Below, in pieces: positions 1-11,563 of a DNA stretch of 39,046 nucleotides. The position numbers and the translations under genes were made by a program. The notes beneath the pieces are model-generated. The model worked only from the letters and a program-made list of their open reading frames with translations, was not told where the DNA came from and made no database searches. The stretch's first letter is position 1, and every line of letters starts with the position of its first letter. Source of the DNA: Dimargaris cristalligena (lineage: Eukaryota); NCBI GenBank assembly GCA_003614675.1, contig ML002356.1:1-39046 (forward strand), written 5' to 3'.

Positions 1-401
1 GAAATGAATAGGACTGATAAAATATATGATATTGTTTGATGAATAATTGGTTTTACAGGATGAATTGATAGAGTATGATTCAAGGAGCTGTGCTTTACGT
101 TGATAAATGGGTTCTAATTAGTAAAGGAATCAGGTAATTAAATATACTTCCAGTCACCTGCACTCTGCAGCACCACACAATTATGTCAGATCTTGGTTTA
201 GTGGACTTCGGGTATAATGAATCAAAGGGTATGCTAATGTAAAATGATAGGAAAATTATAAGGCCTGGGCGATTGGATTATGAAAGCCGTCGTCCCACCA
301 TAATAAAAAATGAAAACAGAAAAGACAGCCATCCGGTACTATATAGCTTTATCCTAAGCTATCTGTCACCCTGGCCAATGGGTATCTTAACTCCTTAGCC
401 G

Positions 402-3400
402 TTAGGCTCCCTCATCGGCATCGGAACCCTGTTCGTCTCCCGACCCGGATGATTCGGCCGTTAGATCCACCTTGGGGGAAAACTTCGAGAGCTCCTCCAT
501 AGTTTGGCGAACCGTTGGGTCTTCTTGGTGGTACAGCTGGTACTGTCGGGCGAGCCATGGACTCGGCATCGGGGCCCCCGGACCGCCAGTGGCCCACTTG
601 TGGAGAAGAAGTTGGTTGAGGTAATTGGTTTGGAATCCACTGATCATGGGAAGGGTCGAATGCGAACTACGGGCATAATAAGTTGGTGAAAGTAGGGAGC
701 CCCCACCAGGCGGTTCCGTAAAATAAATACAAAATATACAACGGGGGGGGTGAGATGATGGATATAGGATACGCTCTCCTAATAGGAACCCCCCTAAGAA
801 ACGGTGGTCGGTTACGAAATTCCATCTGTACAAAAATTGGCACTTACTCGTCTGCCGGACTCTCGGGTACGGGCAATTCCGTGCCCTGGATCAATTTAGC
901 CGCCAATTCGTCCAGTTGGGCCTCGTTAGGATTTTCGGTCTCATTCAAATCACGGCTGGATCCCTCGTGGGTAATTATGAGGCGTCGCAAATCTTCGCGG
1001 TAGGGTACGTAGGTTAAGTACAGGCAGTCCAATGGAGGCTGTCCTTCGGTACCGTTGCCTGGACCAGAGGGGGGGCTAAATACCACCGCCAGGCGGGGGG
1101 GTTTGCCCGCCGTTCGCACGAAATGAACCAGGGCCACCACCCCTTTGGAATGCAGGGCGTGGGCCAATGACGCAAAGAGGAGTGCGTTATTATTATTAGC
1201 ACCGTCGGGAGCGTCGCCCACTAGATAATATATCTGGCCATACATGAACTCGGATTTGAACTGGAAGATTCGTATGGGGCGGGGAAAACATATGATTAGC
1301 ACGTTACACAAAGTCCGCAACCACTATACAGGTAGGCGAATAGCCAGGCTATCTGTAATCAGGCGCTACTATAACTGGTCTATAAGCTGGAATTCGGGCG
1401 ACAACTCATCACTCTAGTCCACAATCATAAACTATTGGCAAATAAGGGATTATCGCCTAATGTACGTTATGAAGGCAATCAAAGATAATAGCAATAAATG
1501 GAAATAGATTACCTGCTGAATATCGATGAATTTAAGTACGTATAATCCGGGAACAAAATGCGGGAGGGCAGGGTCGTTGGAAATCAACTCACTCGCGTCC
1601 ACCTGGACCTGGCCTACTACGAACCGTTTACGGCTTTCCCCCGGCGCGAACGGTGTAGCACCCCCGCTGCTACGACTAGATGCCGCACCCCCATCCCTGC
1701 CAACCTCCGCTAATTCCGGAACCCCACTCTGGTCCACCGTTTCGGTCCGGAACCGGGTCCCTACCTGGATGGCGGGATCATCCTTACGGACCAGCTGGTA
1801 CTTGATTAGCGCGGGCGGCAGGGTTTTGATGAAGAGGCGTACGGGTATGGTAAGCAAAGGGTCTGGCGTCGTCCCAGAGTCGCTCATCACCAAGTCGGGG
1901 CTGATGGTGTAACGTTGGGTATCAGTAAAGACGAGGCGGCTGGCGAGTATGGTGTGGGGCTTGGTGGTGACGTCGGTGAATCGTGCGGCTTCGGTGAGCG
2001 CTTCCGCACCGTTCCGGTAGACTCCGTCGGTGGAATGGGCTAAGAGGCGGAACCAGTGGTCGTTCGGTACGGGCCGGTCTTGGTTAAGTAGGGTTTGGGT
2101 ATACCCGTAGTCGAGGGGGGTGGTACTGGGGGGGAGTCCGATGCCACTGCACCAGTCCCATGATAGTGGGGGGGTTTAGTAACCACCGGGTGGTCATCAA
2201 AATAGTAACAATAGAGATTGGGGATTAATCTCAACAGTAGAAATATGTCATCGATGGTGGGAGATAAAAAACCTTGAGCTGAAACACGGTGGTTTCAAAG
2301 CGACTCCAATTGAATACCCCTTTTCCATCTTTAATACGGGCCATTGCTCACCTTCCGTCCTCAGTTATTGAGCCTATTCGTGCAATATTCCAACTAACCC
2401 TCCCTCACACACATATACATTTACGACACCTTACTTACATGACATCGATGGCGATATTGGATTGAACCAATATTTGCATAATTGCCGCGGTATCGGCTTG
2501 CATGAATGACGATCCCCCGTCTGATAAAATGACGATACGCTTACGGAACGTACCTCCTTTACTACAGCGTTTATGGATCAGATCCATGGCCACAATAATG
2601 GCCGACAGAGGATCGCCTCCGTTGGGAGTGGGTGTCGACCCATGGAGTTGTTCCAAAGCAGCCACGTGGGTCCAAGTGGCAAGGGCGGCGGGATAGAGCG
2701 TTGCGATGTGGTGATACTGATCGGGAATTTCTTCGATCATTTGGTGGCTGGTTTCTGGAAGAGGGTGAGTAGTGTGAGCGGGGGGTTGTGAAGCAGAGGG
2801 GTAGATAAATCACGGTGAAATGATCGGTGGTGGTCAGTGGTCAGAGGCCAGTGGGACGATGTAATGAACATAGCCCCTTTTGACGCCGAAAAGACCTAAT
2901 TTCTCGGATGGGACATTGTCATTACACCAATCCCAAGGAAATAAATATACAGCAGCTTCTAAGAAAAGGAATTGACGTACCTTGGCAGCCACAGATTAAA
3001 GCCGCGAAAAGCGATTTCTTCCGCCCTTTCAATATCTATAAATTACCGGTCCGGCGGCGATTTGTAAATTGTACATGAGCATCGGTAGTGAACATGTGAG
3101 TTGGATCAAGAAAGTGGAGATGAATAATTAGGACATTTGCTATTTGGGTTTCAAGGACATTCCCGGGCTGTCATTGGGAAACAATCCGATCATTGGCCAA
3201 CAAAAGGCCACGGAGTATCAAGCTGGGTAAAAAGACACTGAGAGAGAGAGGGGGCGCTTGTTTGTAGTAGTAGTAGTAATGGTCATTGTTTTACTCTCCA
3301 CCTCTTTCCCGCTACCTGGGCTGCCCCTCAACCAAGCATGGGGAGCTTCATAGCCGTAACCCCGCACAGAGATCGTTACAACTTGATATGTATATATAGA

Positions 3401-3600
3401 TAGGGAAAGGCGCTCTGAGAGGGCTGGGCTCTCTACTGTACCTGGTGGACGGTTATACCCTTGAGAATATGCTCGGTAAGGGCCATGTGGGTCGGAAACT
3501 CCGCGAGGCCGGCCTGTTCGAGTCCTTCCTGGCCGGTGACCTTTAAGGCCTGGCGCATGGACGGACTAACGTCGACAATGTAAACAGTGATCGTGCTCAT
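402..3600 (-). CDS. KU80: Ku80 (XRCC5/YKU80), 6 exons, about 613 aa
   Basis: Hand-spliced exons 3600-3442, 3035-2981, 2754-2439, 2146-1513, 1260-848, 666-402. All introns are GT-AG, phases are consistent and the total is 1842 nt. vWA N-terminus MSTITVYIVDVSPSM...ILKGRKK...ET...YHHI...GGDPLSAIIVAMDLI...FRKRIVILSDG; beta-barrel core FASLAHALHSKGVVALVHFVRTAGKPPRLAVVFSP...CLYLTYVPYREDLR. Confidence 0.85.
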
Positions 3601-3846
3601 GTTAAAGGGCGAATGGCGGTGACGAGGATGAGGGGCGAGCTACCGATTGAAACTAGGAGTAAGAATAAAATAAAAATAAAGGGGAGTGACTGTATAGGTG
3701 ACGGCCGCTTAGGAAGCAATGGGGGAACAGGAGATTCCTTAACATGGGTGTCCTCTGGGGACAAAACAATAAAATAAAACAGATGTAGCAGTGCTTCGCC
3801 AACTAACCTAACCGACTGACAGCCAGAAGGTCAGCCGTATCGATAT

Positions 3847-3982
3847 GGGTGAACTTCAACCCAACTGTATAAGATTTTACACAATATATGTATGGGATAA
3901 TATGTGGGAGAATAACTTTTGACCAGTAATATTTACCTCATCAAATGGATTATTCATTATACAGCCTGGATGAACTTCTGCC
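3847..3982. mobile_element. 136-bp MITE-like element, copy 1
   Basis: Imperfect ~27-bp terminal inverted repeats (GGGTGAACTTCAACCCAACTGTATAA versus reverse complement GGCAGAAGTTCATCCAGGCTGTATAA), flanked by ATAT on both sides, colinear with 20351-20486. Confidence 0.75.
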
Positions 3983-4725
3983 ATATTATTCTTTACGATT
4001 ATTCTCTCCCCAGTATTTCTAATAAACGATTGCATAAACCGGGTTTGGATATATCTTCTAAAGTGGGACGTTTGTGCGTTTATCAGAGAAGGATCCTTGG
4101 GGGTGAAGCCGCAAGCTACCAATATTCTTTGAGCTCGTTAATATCAGCCCGTTATATTGATCTATTCGATTCTTCTATATAAATAGTTGCAATACTCGTT
4201 AAATATTACCATGCCCCATATGGCTCATTACCGTTCTGTATTTCCGAGGGAGACAGAGTCCTCGCCATCGTCAGGGGCAGCATCCCTAACACCAATGCTC
4301 CAAGTCTAACGTACTACTTTCGTCCATTGATCTTCCCCACAGTAACATATGGCCCTATTTAGTGAATTCGGCATTCTATTGCATTGGAGCAGATACGGCA
4401 AGCTTAAAAATATATTTATCCAAAACCTCCCAACCAAGAATCAATTGGGTATTCAACTATTCTATCGAAATATAAATAGACGGGCCAGAATACAGATAGG
4501 TTATAAACTAAAAATGCGAGTCACTATTAGCAGCACCCTGATGTTAAATGCCGGGCGGGGGCTACAGGTCCCACCACGTACGGCCCAAGGTGAACGGATG
4601 TTTAACTAGAGAAAAAAATCAATATAAAAATCGCTTTCGAAACGGGTTAAGGATAAGGGTGTCAGTGTACAAACGGAGCTAAGCAGGGGGTAATTGTCCG
4701 ACCGAACCAGTGGTGAGTAGTGGGG

Positions 4726-5480
4726 TTAGAAGAATAAGAACAGAAGTCTGGCCATGTCGACATTGCCTTTGGTTTCTGTCAAAAGGCAGATGGCCTTTTC
4801 CCTTGATGCCCCGAGTTTGACGATCTGGGCAATAGTGGTCTCGGAAAAGCGACTGGTTGGGGATGTCGTGGGCACCCTTACTGTTGAATAGCCGGGTGCG
4901 TGTTGACGGGTGGGGGATGTCGTGGGCGCATTAAATATTGAATGGTCGGGCACTCGACGCCAGTGGGCATCACTAGAGGGCCAGTGTGCCTCATGTCCCT
5001 GGAGGAACGGGATGCTGACACCATCGAGGATCATGGCACCGGCTGGAAGGTCAATGGTGGCCCGGTGGCGCTGCAGCATGTCTAATCCGATGATGATATC
5101 TATTGGCAGGTTGTTTATAACATCTAATTTGCAAACCAGATGCCGACCACCCACTACCAGTTCAGCGTGGTGGATGCGGCCAATGATTTTGGCAGTTCCC
5201 ACCCCTACGGCTTCCCCTTCAAATCTAGTGTCAATCAAATGGGTCAGTCCACAGGTGTCAGCGAAATGGGGCTCAATACAACTGTTCGTGGCCCCCGAAT
5301 CCACCAAGGCCTTGATGGGACGCCTGTTGATTGTACAATTGATGAACAGCATCGTGGCGTAACTAATGGTCTCTGGGCTGTGTTCAGGGGTGGACTGGTA
5401 ACTGTCTTCGACGCTCCGCAACTTAATGAGGCTGGCAAATTTCCCCTGGGCTTTGGGATATCGTAGGGGGAAAATACCAA
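4726..5480 (-). CDS. DDI1: DDI1-like retroviral-type aspartic protease with C-terminal UBA; intronless, lacks UBL/HDD, 5' end disrupted (possible pseudogene or truncated paralogue)
   Basis: EHSPETISYATMLFINCTIN...KALVDSGA...CGLTHLIDTRFEGEAVGVGTAKIIGRIH...IIIGLDMLQRHRATIDL matches the Ddi1 RVP domain. C-terminal FSETTIAQIVKLGASREKAICLLTETKGNVDMA is UBA-like. The ORF-track start at 5508 lies inside the insertion; the first usable in-frame ATG is at 5352. Confidence 0.85.
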
Positions 5481-7164
5481 TAATAGCTATGACAGTAACA
5501 AATATCAATATAAAGGTGAGTTAGCTAATAAATGGGGGTATGAGTGTGACTAATTAGCTAAATAATAACTATAGGGATTGGAACGGCTTTATATAGCTGA
5601 GCATACTAATGATAAGGCATCAAATCAGCATGGAAGATGCTATTGGATAGTAATATGAATAATGGCTAATAGTAGATGGGTATATAATGAAGGTAATATA
5701 TGGAATATGTGAATCAAGTGGTGAGAATTGCTGAAGAAAGGGGGCCATTCAGCAAGGCTAAATTCCTGTGCCTCATTGATGGAACTAGGTGATGATAGTA
5801 CCTAGTCCTCCAAGAACAGCTAGCTTTAATTGTTGTATTAGTTAGCTACCCTTTGTTTATTAAGAGTCCAAAAGATAGGCTTTCAACAGTAGGCCTAACT
5901 AAGGGGTACTAATATTGGATATAGATAAGTACAAATAGATAAAGGCTAGAGGTAACATATATGTAAGGGATATATAAGTAACACACTTATTAGTTGGTAA
6001 ATGGGGAATGGGTATATATAGAGTTTATTAGATAAATAGGGTATAAGAATAAGTTAAGAAAATAATAAGTCCCAATAGGGGCCCATTTAAATACATAGGG
6101 ATGACTCTGGAGGGAGGCCCTTAAGGAGGATGCTACTAAGACTAAGGGGTTAGGTAAATAGGCTAGTTAGATAGCTACTAATATCCAGAAGACTCTAATG
6201 GTAACTGTAAGAGACTTTAGATCAGCCTATAATTAATTAATATGAAGGACAAAGTCTAAGTAGGGGAAATGTTATATATAATGTAGTATGATCCCATGGT
6301 ACTAGGTGTGGCCATGGGTAAGCTTATATGGTGCAATAAGGCCTAAATAGTCAGGAGCCTACCCAGCTAGATTAAGGTAAGCTAGAATATATATACTTAG
6401 GAGAAAATCATCATAAAGAATAATATAATTAAAATGGCTAGTACTGTCACCAGGCCTGCTTAATCCTTAAGAGCATATCCCAGTCAAGCTATTTTTAGTT
6501 TAGAAAAGGTAAAAAACTTTACCAAAGGTCAGTCTCCACCTTTTCCCACTAGGATGGGTACTTCTGTAGCTTGGGCTCACATTCTAATATACATTATTTC
6601 TATTTGGATAACTTCTTAATTATAGTATGCTTGGGCATATCCCCAGCCTTTGTATCCCTAAACCACCAGCATTGTTAGACTTCCTTATTGTTATCCAGTA
6701 TTCTAGCTAACTATAATTATTATTCATATCTAACTGTTGGGTATTCTAGCTTTATATTAGTACCAGTAGGTTACTGTAGTTATATTCTTTTACTAACTAG
6801 GGCTTTCTATAAATACCTATTGGGTATTCTCTCAATAAAGGCAAGCAGTTTTACACTAGTATAGTTTACAATTAATTTTTCATGGATCCCAAGTATTGCC
6901 TTATCTATGTCATTATTTGGCCTAGGCCCACTCATTGTGCCCTATCCACTACATACTAGAAGGATCCCTGAATAATCCCTAGTTGTCTGGCTGTCCCAGT
7001 CTAAAGACCAAATGAGAATCTTCCCCACTAAGTGTATGTTTCTCCCAGAGCTCTCTGTTTTACTACTGGGTTATCACAGCTCCAACTAGCCCTAATAAGG
7101 TTATTAGGGTATATTATATTGTGGCATTAAGTGCAGCCACAACACTAGGACATCATTGCTATTA
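5481..7164. mobile_element. Degenerate, hypermutated transposon insertion (LTR-retrotransposon relic or long solo LTR)
   Basis: Ends TAATAGC...GCTATTA (7-bp perfect inverted repeat, 11/12 when extended). Flanking 5-mers ACCAA (5476-5480) and ACCGA (7165-7169). I find only one CpG inside (5584-5585), with sharp boundaries and no long ORF. A stop-riddled minus-strand stretch at about 6455-6700 (W..VETDLW.SFLP...DMLLRIKQ) resembles retrotransposon Gag. Confidence 0.7.
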
Positions 7165-10100
7165 ACCGAAATCGCGGTATTATTCATGCTCCCCGAATCA
7201 GGTAGAAACATCAGCGGGTTTAAATATATCGGACATCAAGAGTTATCATAGTATCGCTGAAGTGTTCACGCAGTCTCCAGCAAAGGTCGTTTGTCATCTA
7301 CAACCTCTGTTTCCCGTTATGAGACTTTGTTATCAACAGGTACTTTCCGCCCATGGTTTCAGAGGTGACGATTGTGTATATTGTTAAGGCATTGGCTTCA
7401 CCTCTGTCATAACAGCATGAATAAATGGGGAAATGTTCGTACCAGATAAAATCAATATAAAATAGATTTCCCCCAATCCTGTACTTTGTAGCACTACCTA
7501 ATTACAGCTGCGGAGTTGGTCAGTTAGAATGGGCACAATGGTTGGTAGATTTTAAGGATACTGGTTTGCTATTGTCCGGTGGAGGAGGCCCATTTACAAA
7601 TAATAACGTGACCCGGGAAATGCAAGTGATAGGTAGTAATAGTCAAGCAGAGTGATTCAGATAACTGACTGTGTGTACCCCTCTGAAGGGAAGAGGGGGT
7701 GTTGGTGTCTAGAAAGAGAGTCAAATAGTTTTCGTTTTCCTGATAGGCCATATACGCTCGTTGGCCTAGGACAGAGTAGCTTTTTAGACTAGGGGGATTG
7801 GGTCGAGTTATAATTACGCATCGCGTTACTTATCAAAAACACGCCGCTTTGGTGTATTGTGGGTATTTTGGGTGGCATTTTGGCGGAGAAAAGGGAATTA
7901 CCTCATTTGTGTGAACAGCTGGAGTTCGCAAGGGGAGAGGGTGGGTTATCAAAGGCTGTCGAATTGAATAGGGTTAAGCAAGTCTTTTACACTGGTGGCT
8001 TGTCATCACCCCCCAATGTCAGCAAGTCCACTTTAGCGAAACTGATAGTAGGAAACATGGGGTTAATTACTAAAGAGTAAGGATCGGTTTACTGAATCGT
8101 GTGTCCTTCTTATGTATTATCACCCCTATTATTCTAACAAACTAAACCGGGGGGCATTTTCCAGTCCCATGGTAGACCAGGTTTAGTATATACGATGGAT
8201 ACGGATGTAGGTAAGTCACACACAACCTTGCAAACCCAATCTTGATCCAACGACAAGGTTGAGATGCAGTATGGCATATACTGCCTGCCCCATGTCGACC
8301 AAACCCATGCAGATGCAGGATACCCCTCTCATTTTGAAACAATAAGGTCGGTACGGTACCAGGAGGGGAATAACTCCCCCGTAATTGGTTATATAACCCC
8401 AACAATTTGTAAAGAGATTTGCGCACCCATCCTTGGCCTGGGCTAATCTCCGCTGGGTGGTGCCAACCGTATATATGAAACATGAAGGTGGTGGAGGGGG
8501 CAATGTTCAAAGAAAGAATGTGACCTGGCCACGGTTGGTTAAATAATGTGCACATCCCATTCATTCACTACATCTATTATTGGGATAGTGGTTAGGGGGG
8601 CACTGGAACATTCTGGCGGCGGGGAAAAGTGTGTGTGCTATAGTGAGGGCATATAGAACCATAGAGCCACAGGAACGGCGTCGTAGATCGTATCAATGGG
8701 GGGGGCTGTTTCATAAGCGGAGTTTATCCTCCCCACTCCTCTGATGAATGGTGTTGGATGGATTGTCAGCAACGATAAGCAAAAGCATATGACCCAAGCA
8801 AATGGTGGGGAGGGGGCTAAGTACGGGGGCTACGCAGCCCACTGCCAACTGTACAAAAGATTTGGCCATGGGTGCGACTATGAATGGCTGAATCCCGTTA
8901 TTTTCAGTTAGCGTGGCCAAGGTCAGTGCAACAACCCAGCAGGGATTCTATATGGGGAAAGCGTATTAGAGTGGGGGGGCGAGAGTGTTATTCAGGTGGA
9001 CGATCTACATTACACCTTCATAGCTCAGCCCTTCCGTCCAATGGCAACGAGTTGAATCCCAAACTCATTCATTATTTTATATTACACGCTAACAACATCA
9101 AGGGAGCCAGTAGCTGGCCATGCCCACAGAATACGATGTGCTTCCGCGAATAACCCCCGCTCTGTGTTGAATTGACCGAGGGTAAAGGACTGCTCAAGAG
9201 CCAAACGGCTTAGGCCTGCCTAAGCATCAACCAACCGCAGGAATTCATATTAAGAATAAAGCCATTAGACTCGGTGATGGTTGGGAAGGGCTGATTGCGT
9301 GATTCAACGACGGGGAGCTTGGTGGAGGTGTAGGCCATAGAAAATAGTTAATGAAAAATAGGGGCAGCACGGCCTTTAACTACCCAATTGCCCAAGAAAA
9401 AATAAAAGTCAAGATGGAGGAGTGTGGGAGGGCGTTATCATCGACTAGACCTTCGGCTGCAGAGCGGGTACGGCGAAGACAGGGGCACCCACTGACGCCA
9501 CAGTGGCTGCTGGATCCTCCGTATCTTAAGGGGGGGTATATACTAGGAAAGTTACTCCGTGCTTTGCAATGCAGCTGGTTTAGAAATGGGAGCAAAGAGG
9601 CTCAGAAGGAGCCGTTGGATGAGTTAGGGCTGGTCCAATGTGGGCGCGTTTGCGTTTGTTAGGGGAGCCTACCCCGCGGTAAGTACCGGGAGATTATACC
9701 TCTCGGCATTATTGCACGGGGCATTTCGGGGTCGATGGAAGTGGTAAACTGGCTAAACTTGAACCACATGACCATTATATTATAGTGTGATAGTTGGCTC
9801 AAGGGGGGGGGGGCGAATGGGCTGCACCAACAGGTTCAGGAGGGGATTTTGGGCCACTGTTGGCGGGGGAGAAGGGGGGAGAGGTGGAGGAGGAGTGGTG
9901 GATGTGCCACAGCGGAGAGAGCTTGTCTGTGGGTCACTATTATTGGTAGGAAGGAGCACCCCGTGGCTGATTGGGGCATTAATATACCACTATAAGTTTA
10001 CCTTCATTAGCACCATGGCCACCATCATGATAATGATAATGATAATAAGAGGAATAATAGGGGAGCGACTCTTTTTAGACGGCCTCCGAGAATGAGGATA

Positions 10101-10968
10101 CTTTAGCCGGTTGCATTGTGTAGCACACTGACAGTGTTTCCTTTCATTGCTCAATGTTCATTAACCACCCCTCTTGGAGGAGTAGTATTTTTAACCCAGC
10201 GTGCTCCGTTTGGGCGACTGTGGAAACGAAGCCACATCTAAATGCGGCAGGTGTCTCATGGAAGCTACAGGAGAATGACACGGCTCAGGACAGGAGGTGA
10301 AATGGGGGTGGGTTACACTGTGGAGGGGTGGTTGAGTTGGGGGGTATGGCAACAGGTCCAGCCAGTGATTTTGGTTGATACGGCGGGGCAGCTCCAGGAC
10401 AATCATTGGAAACATTCTTCGTATATAATATTTTTATTAAAGAAAAAGGAAGCCGTAGACATCCTCCGCCGCCTCACTGGAAGAGGCACCGAGTGGCTAG
10501 ACAGGCCGCGGTCGGAGTGTGTTCGCAGGGCTACTTCTTACACATTCATTAGTCGCCCATGTCTTCTACTACTTACTCCACCAATAGTGGCCAGATGGCC
10601 GATCCGATAGTCAGAATCGTAGACTAAGTGGTCGGTATCTGCCAATCACACAGTCCAAGATACTCTCGTTTCTCACCCACCGGATACACACCATCTTGGA
10701 CAGAGATGGCGCTAGTCGGGAAGTGTCTCTGGCTCAGGAAATAATAGGGAAGAAACGAGTCGTTGAGTGGAAAGAACAGGAGCCGGGCCATTCAGCACCC
10801 CCATCCACGGCAGGGATCTGAGTCAGGTAGTATCGCAGCAAAAGGATTCCGACGGCGACGAAGCCCTGCATATAGCCAAGGAGTGTCTAACGAGAGAGAG
10901 AGGAGGACCAGGGTGTATGCACATATTGAACCGGGGCCAATCAACCGGGGCCATTGCTGTGGAAACGC

Positions 10969-11007
10969 GCGGCCCGGCCCGGCTCAACTCAACTCAGCTC
11001 AGCTCAG
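10969..11007. repeat. Compound pentanucleotide microsatellite
   Basis: GGCCC-GGCCC-GGCTC-AACTC-AACTC-AGCTC-AGCTC-AGC, read directly. Confidence 0.6.
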
Positions 11008-11367
11008 CACTCAATGGTAGGCTTGAATGTATGTAGGAATGTGAAAACGGCCGGTCCACCTATCGAACCAATCAGACTGCGACAACCCCCAATGGCCAAC
11101 GGTTACTTCCGCGGGGGGGTGGTACTACTACCGACGAACTGTTTCATGGGTATCTCTTATTTAGGGGGCCACTGTAATATACGCATTTCCGTTGGGTGAG
11201 TCAATCTTTTCCCCGTTTCCTCTTGGGCTGTTTTTGTTATGATCTAAGTCGCTGACGAATAGGGCAGGTGGGGGGAAGAAGGGCTCTCTCTCGCTTCGGC
11301 CCTTGCCAACTCAACGACGCCGGATTGGGCCGCCTCATTCCACTGTGCACTGCCTCCAACAATCTGG

Positions 11368-11375
11368 TATAAATA
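11368..11375 (+). promoter_or_regulatory. TATA box of first GPI-type gene
   Basis: TATAAATA about 190 nt upstream of ATG 11564, followed by a pyrimidine-rich leader; same arrangement at 14557. Confidence 0.55.
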
Positions 11376-11563
11376 TCTAACCACTCCGCCCGCTCTGCAT
11401 TAATCCATCAGTACTACTTCCTGCCACGACATATTCCCCGTGCCTACTATTTAATGACATCGGTTTCTTCGCTAATTTAGCCTCTTCATTTCACTTTCAC
11501 CTGCATACTCCCCCCTAACGACTTTTCCTTTCTCTCCCCAACACCACCCCACCATTTTTCATC

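Noticed and set aside
1..270. AT-rich, CpG-poor window edge, possibly a repeat fragment
   Set aside because: Too short and truncated; no termini or coding similarity visible.
1359..1412. Box C (GTGATGA) and box D (CTGA) on the minus strand in a Ku80 intron, candidate C/D snoRNA
   Set aside because: Only 54 nt, no terminal stem, and the rRNA complementarity I can recall is only 7-8 nt.
8182..8230. LVYTMDTDVGKSH resembling the dethiobiotin synthetase TDTDVGKT motif
   Set aside because: A stop follows within a few codons and there is no further similarity; likely chance.
7500..11300. Many 60-140 aa ORFs in the long intergenic region
   Set aside because: No codon bias, recognisable domain or coherent splice structure.
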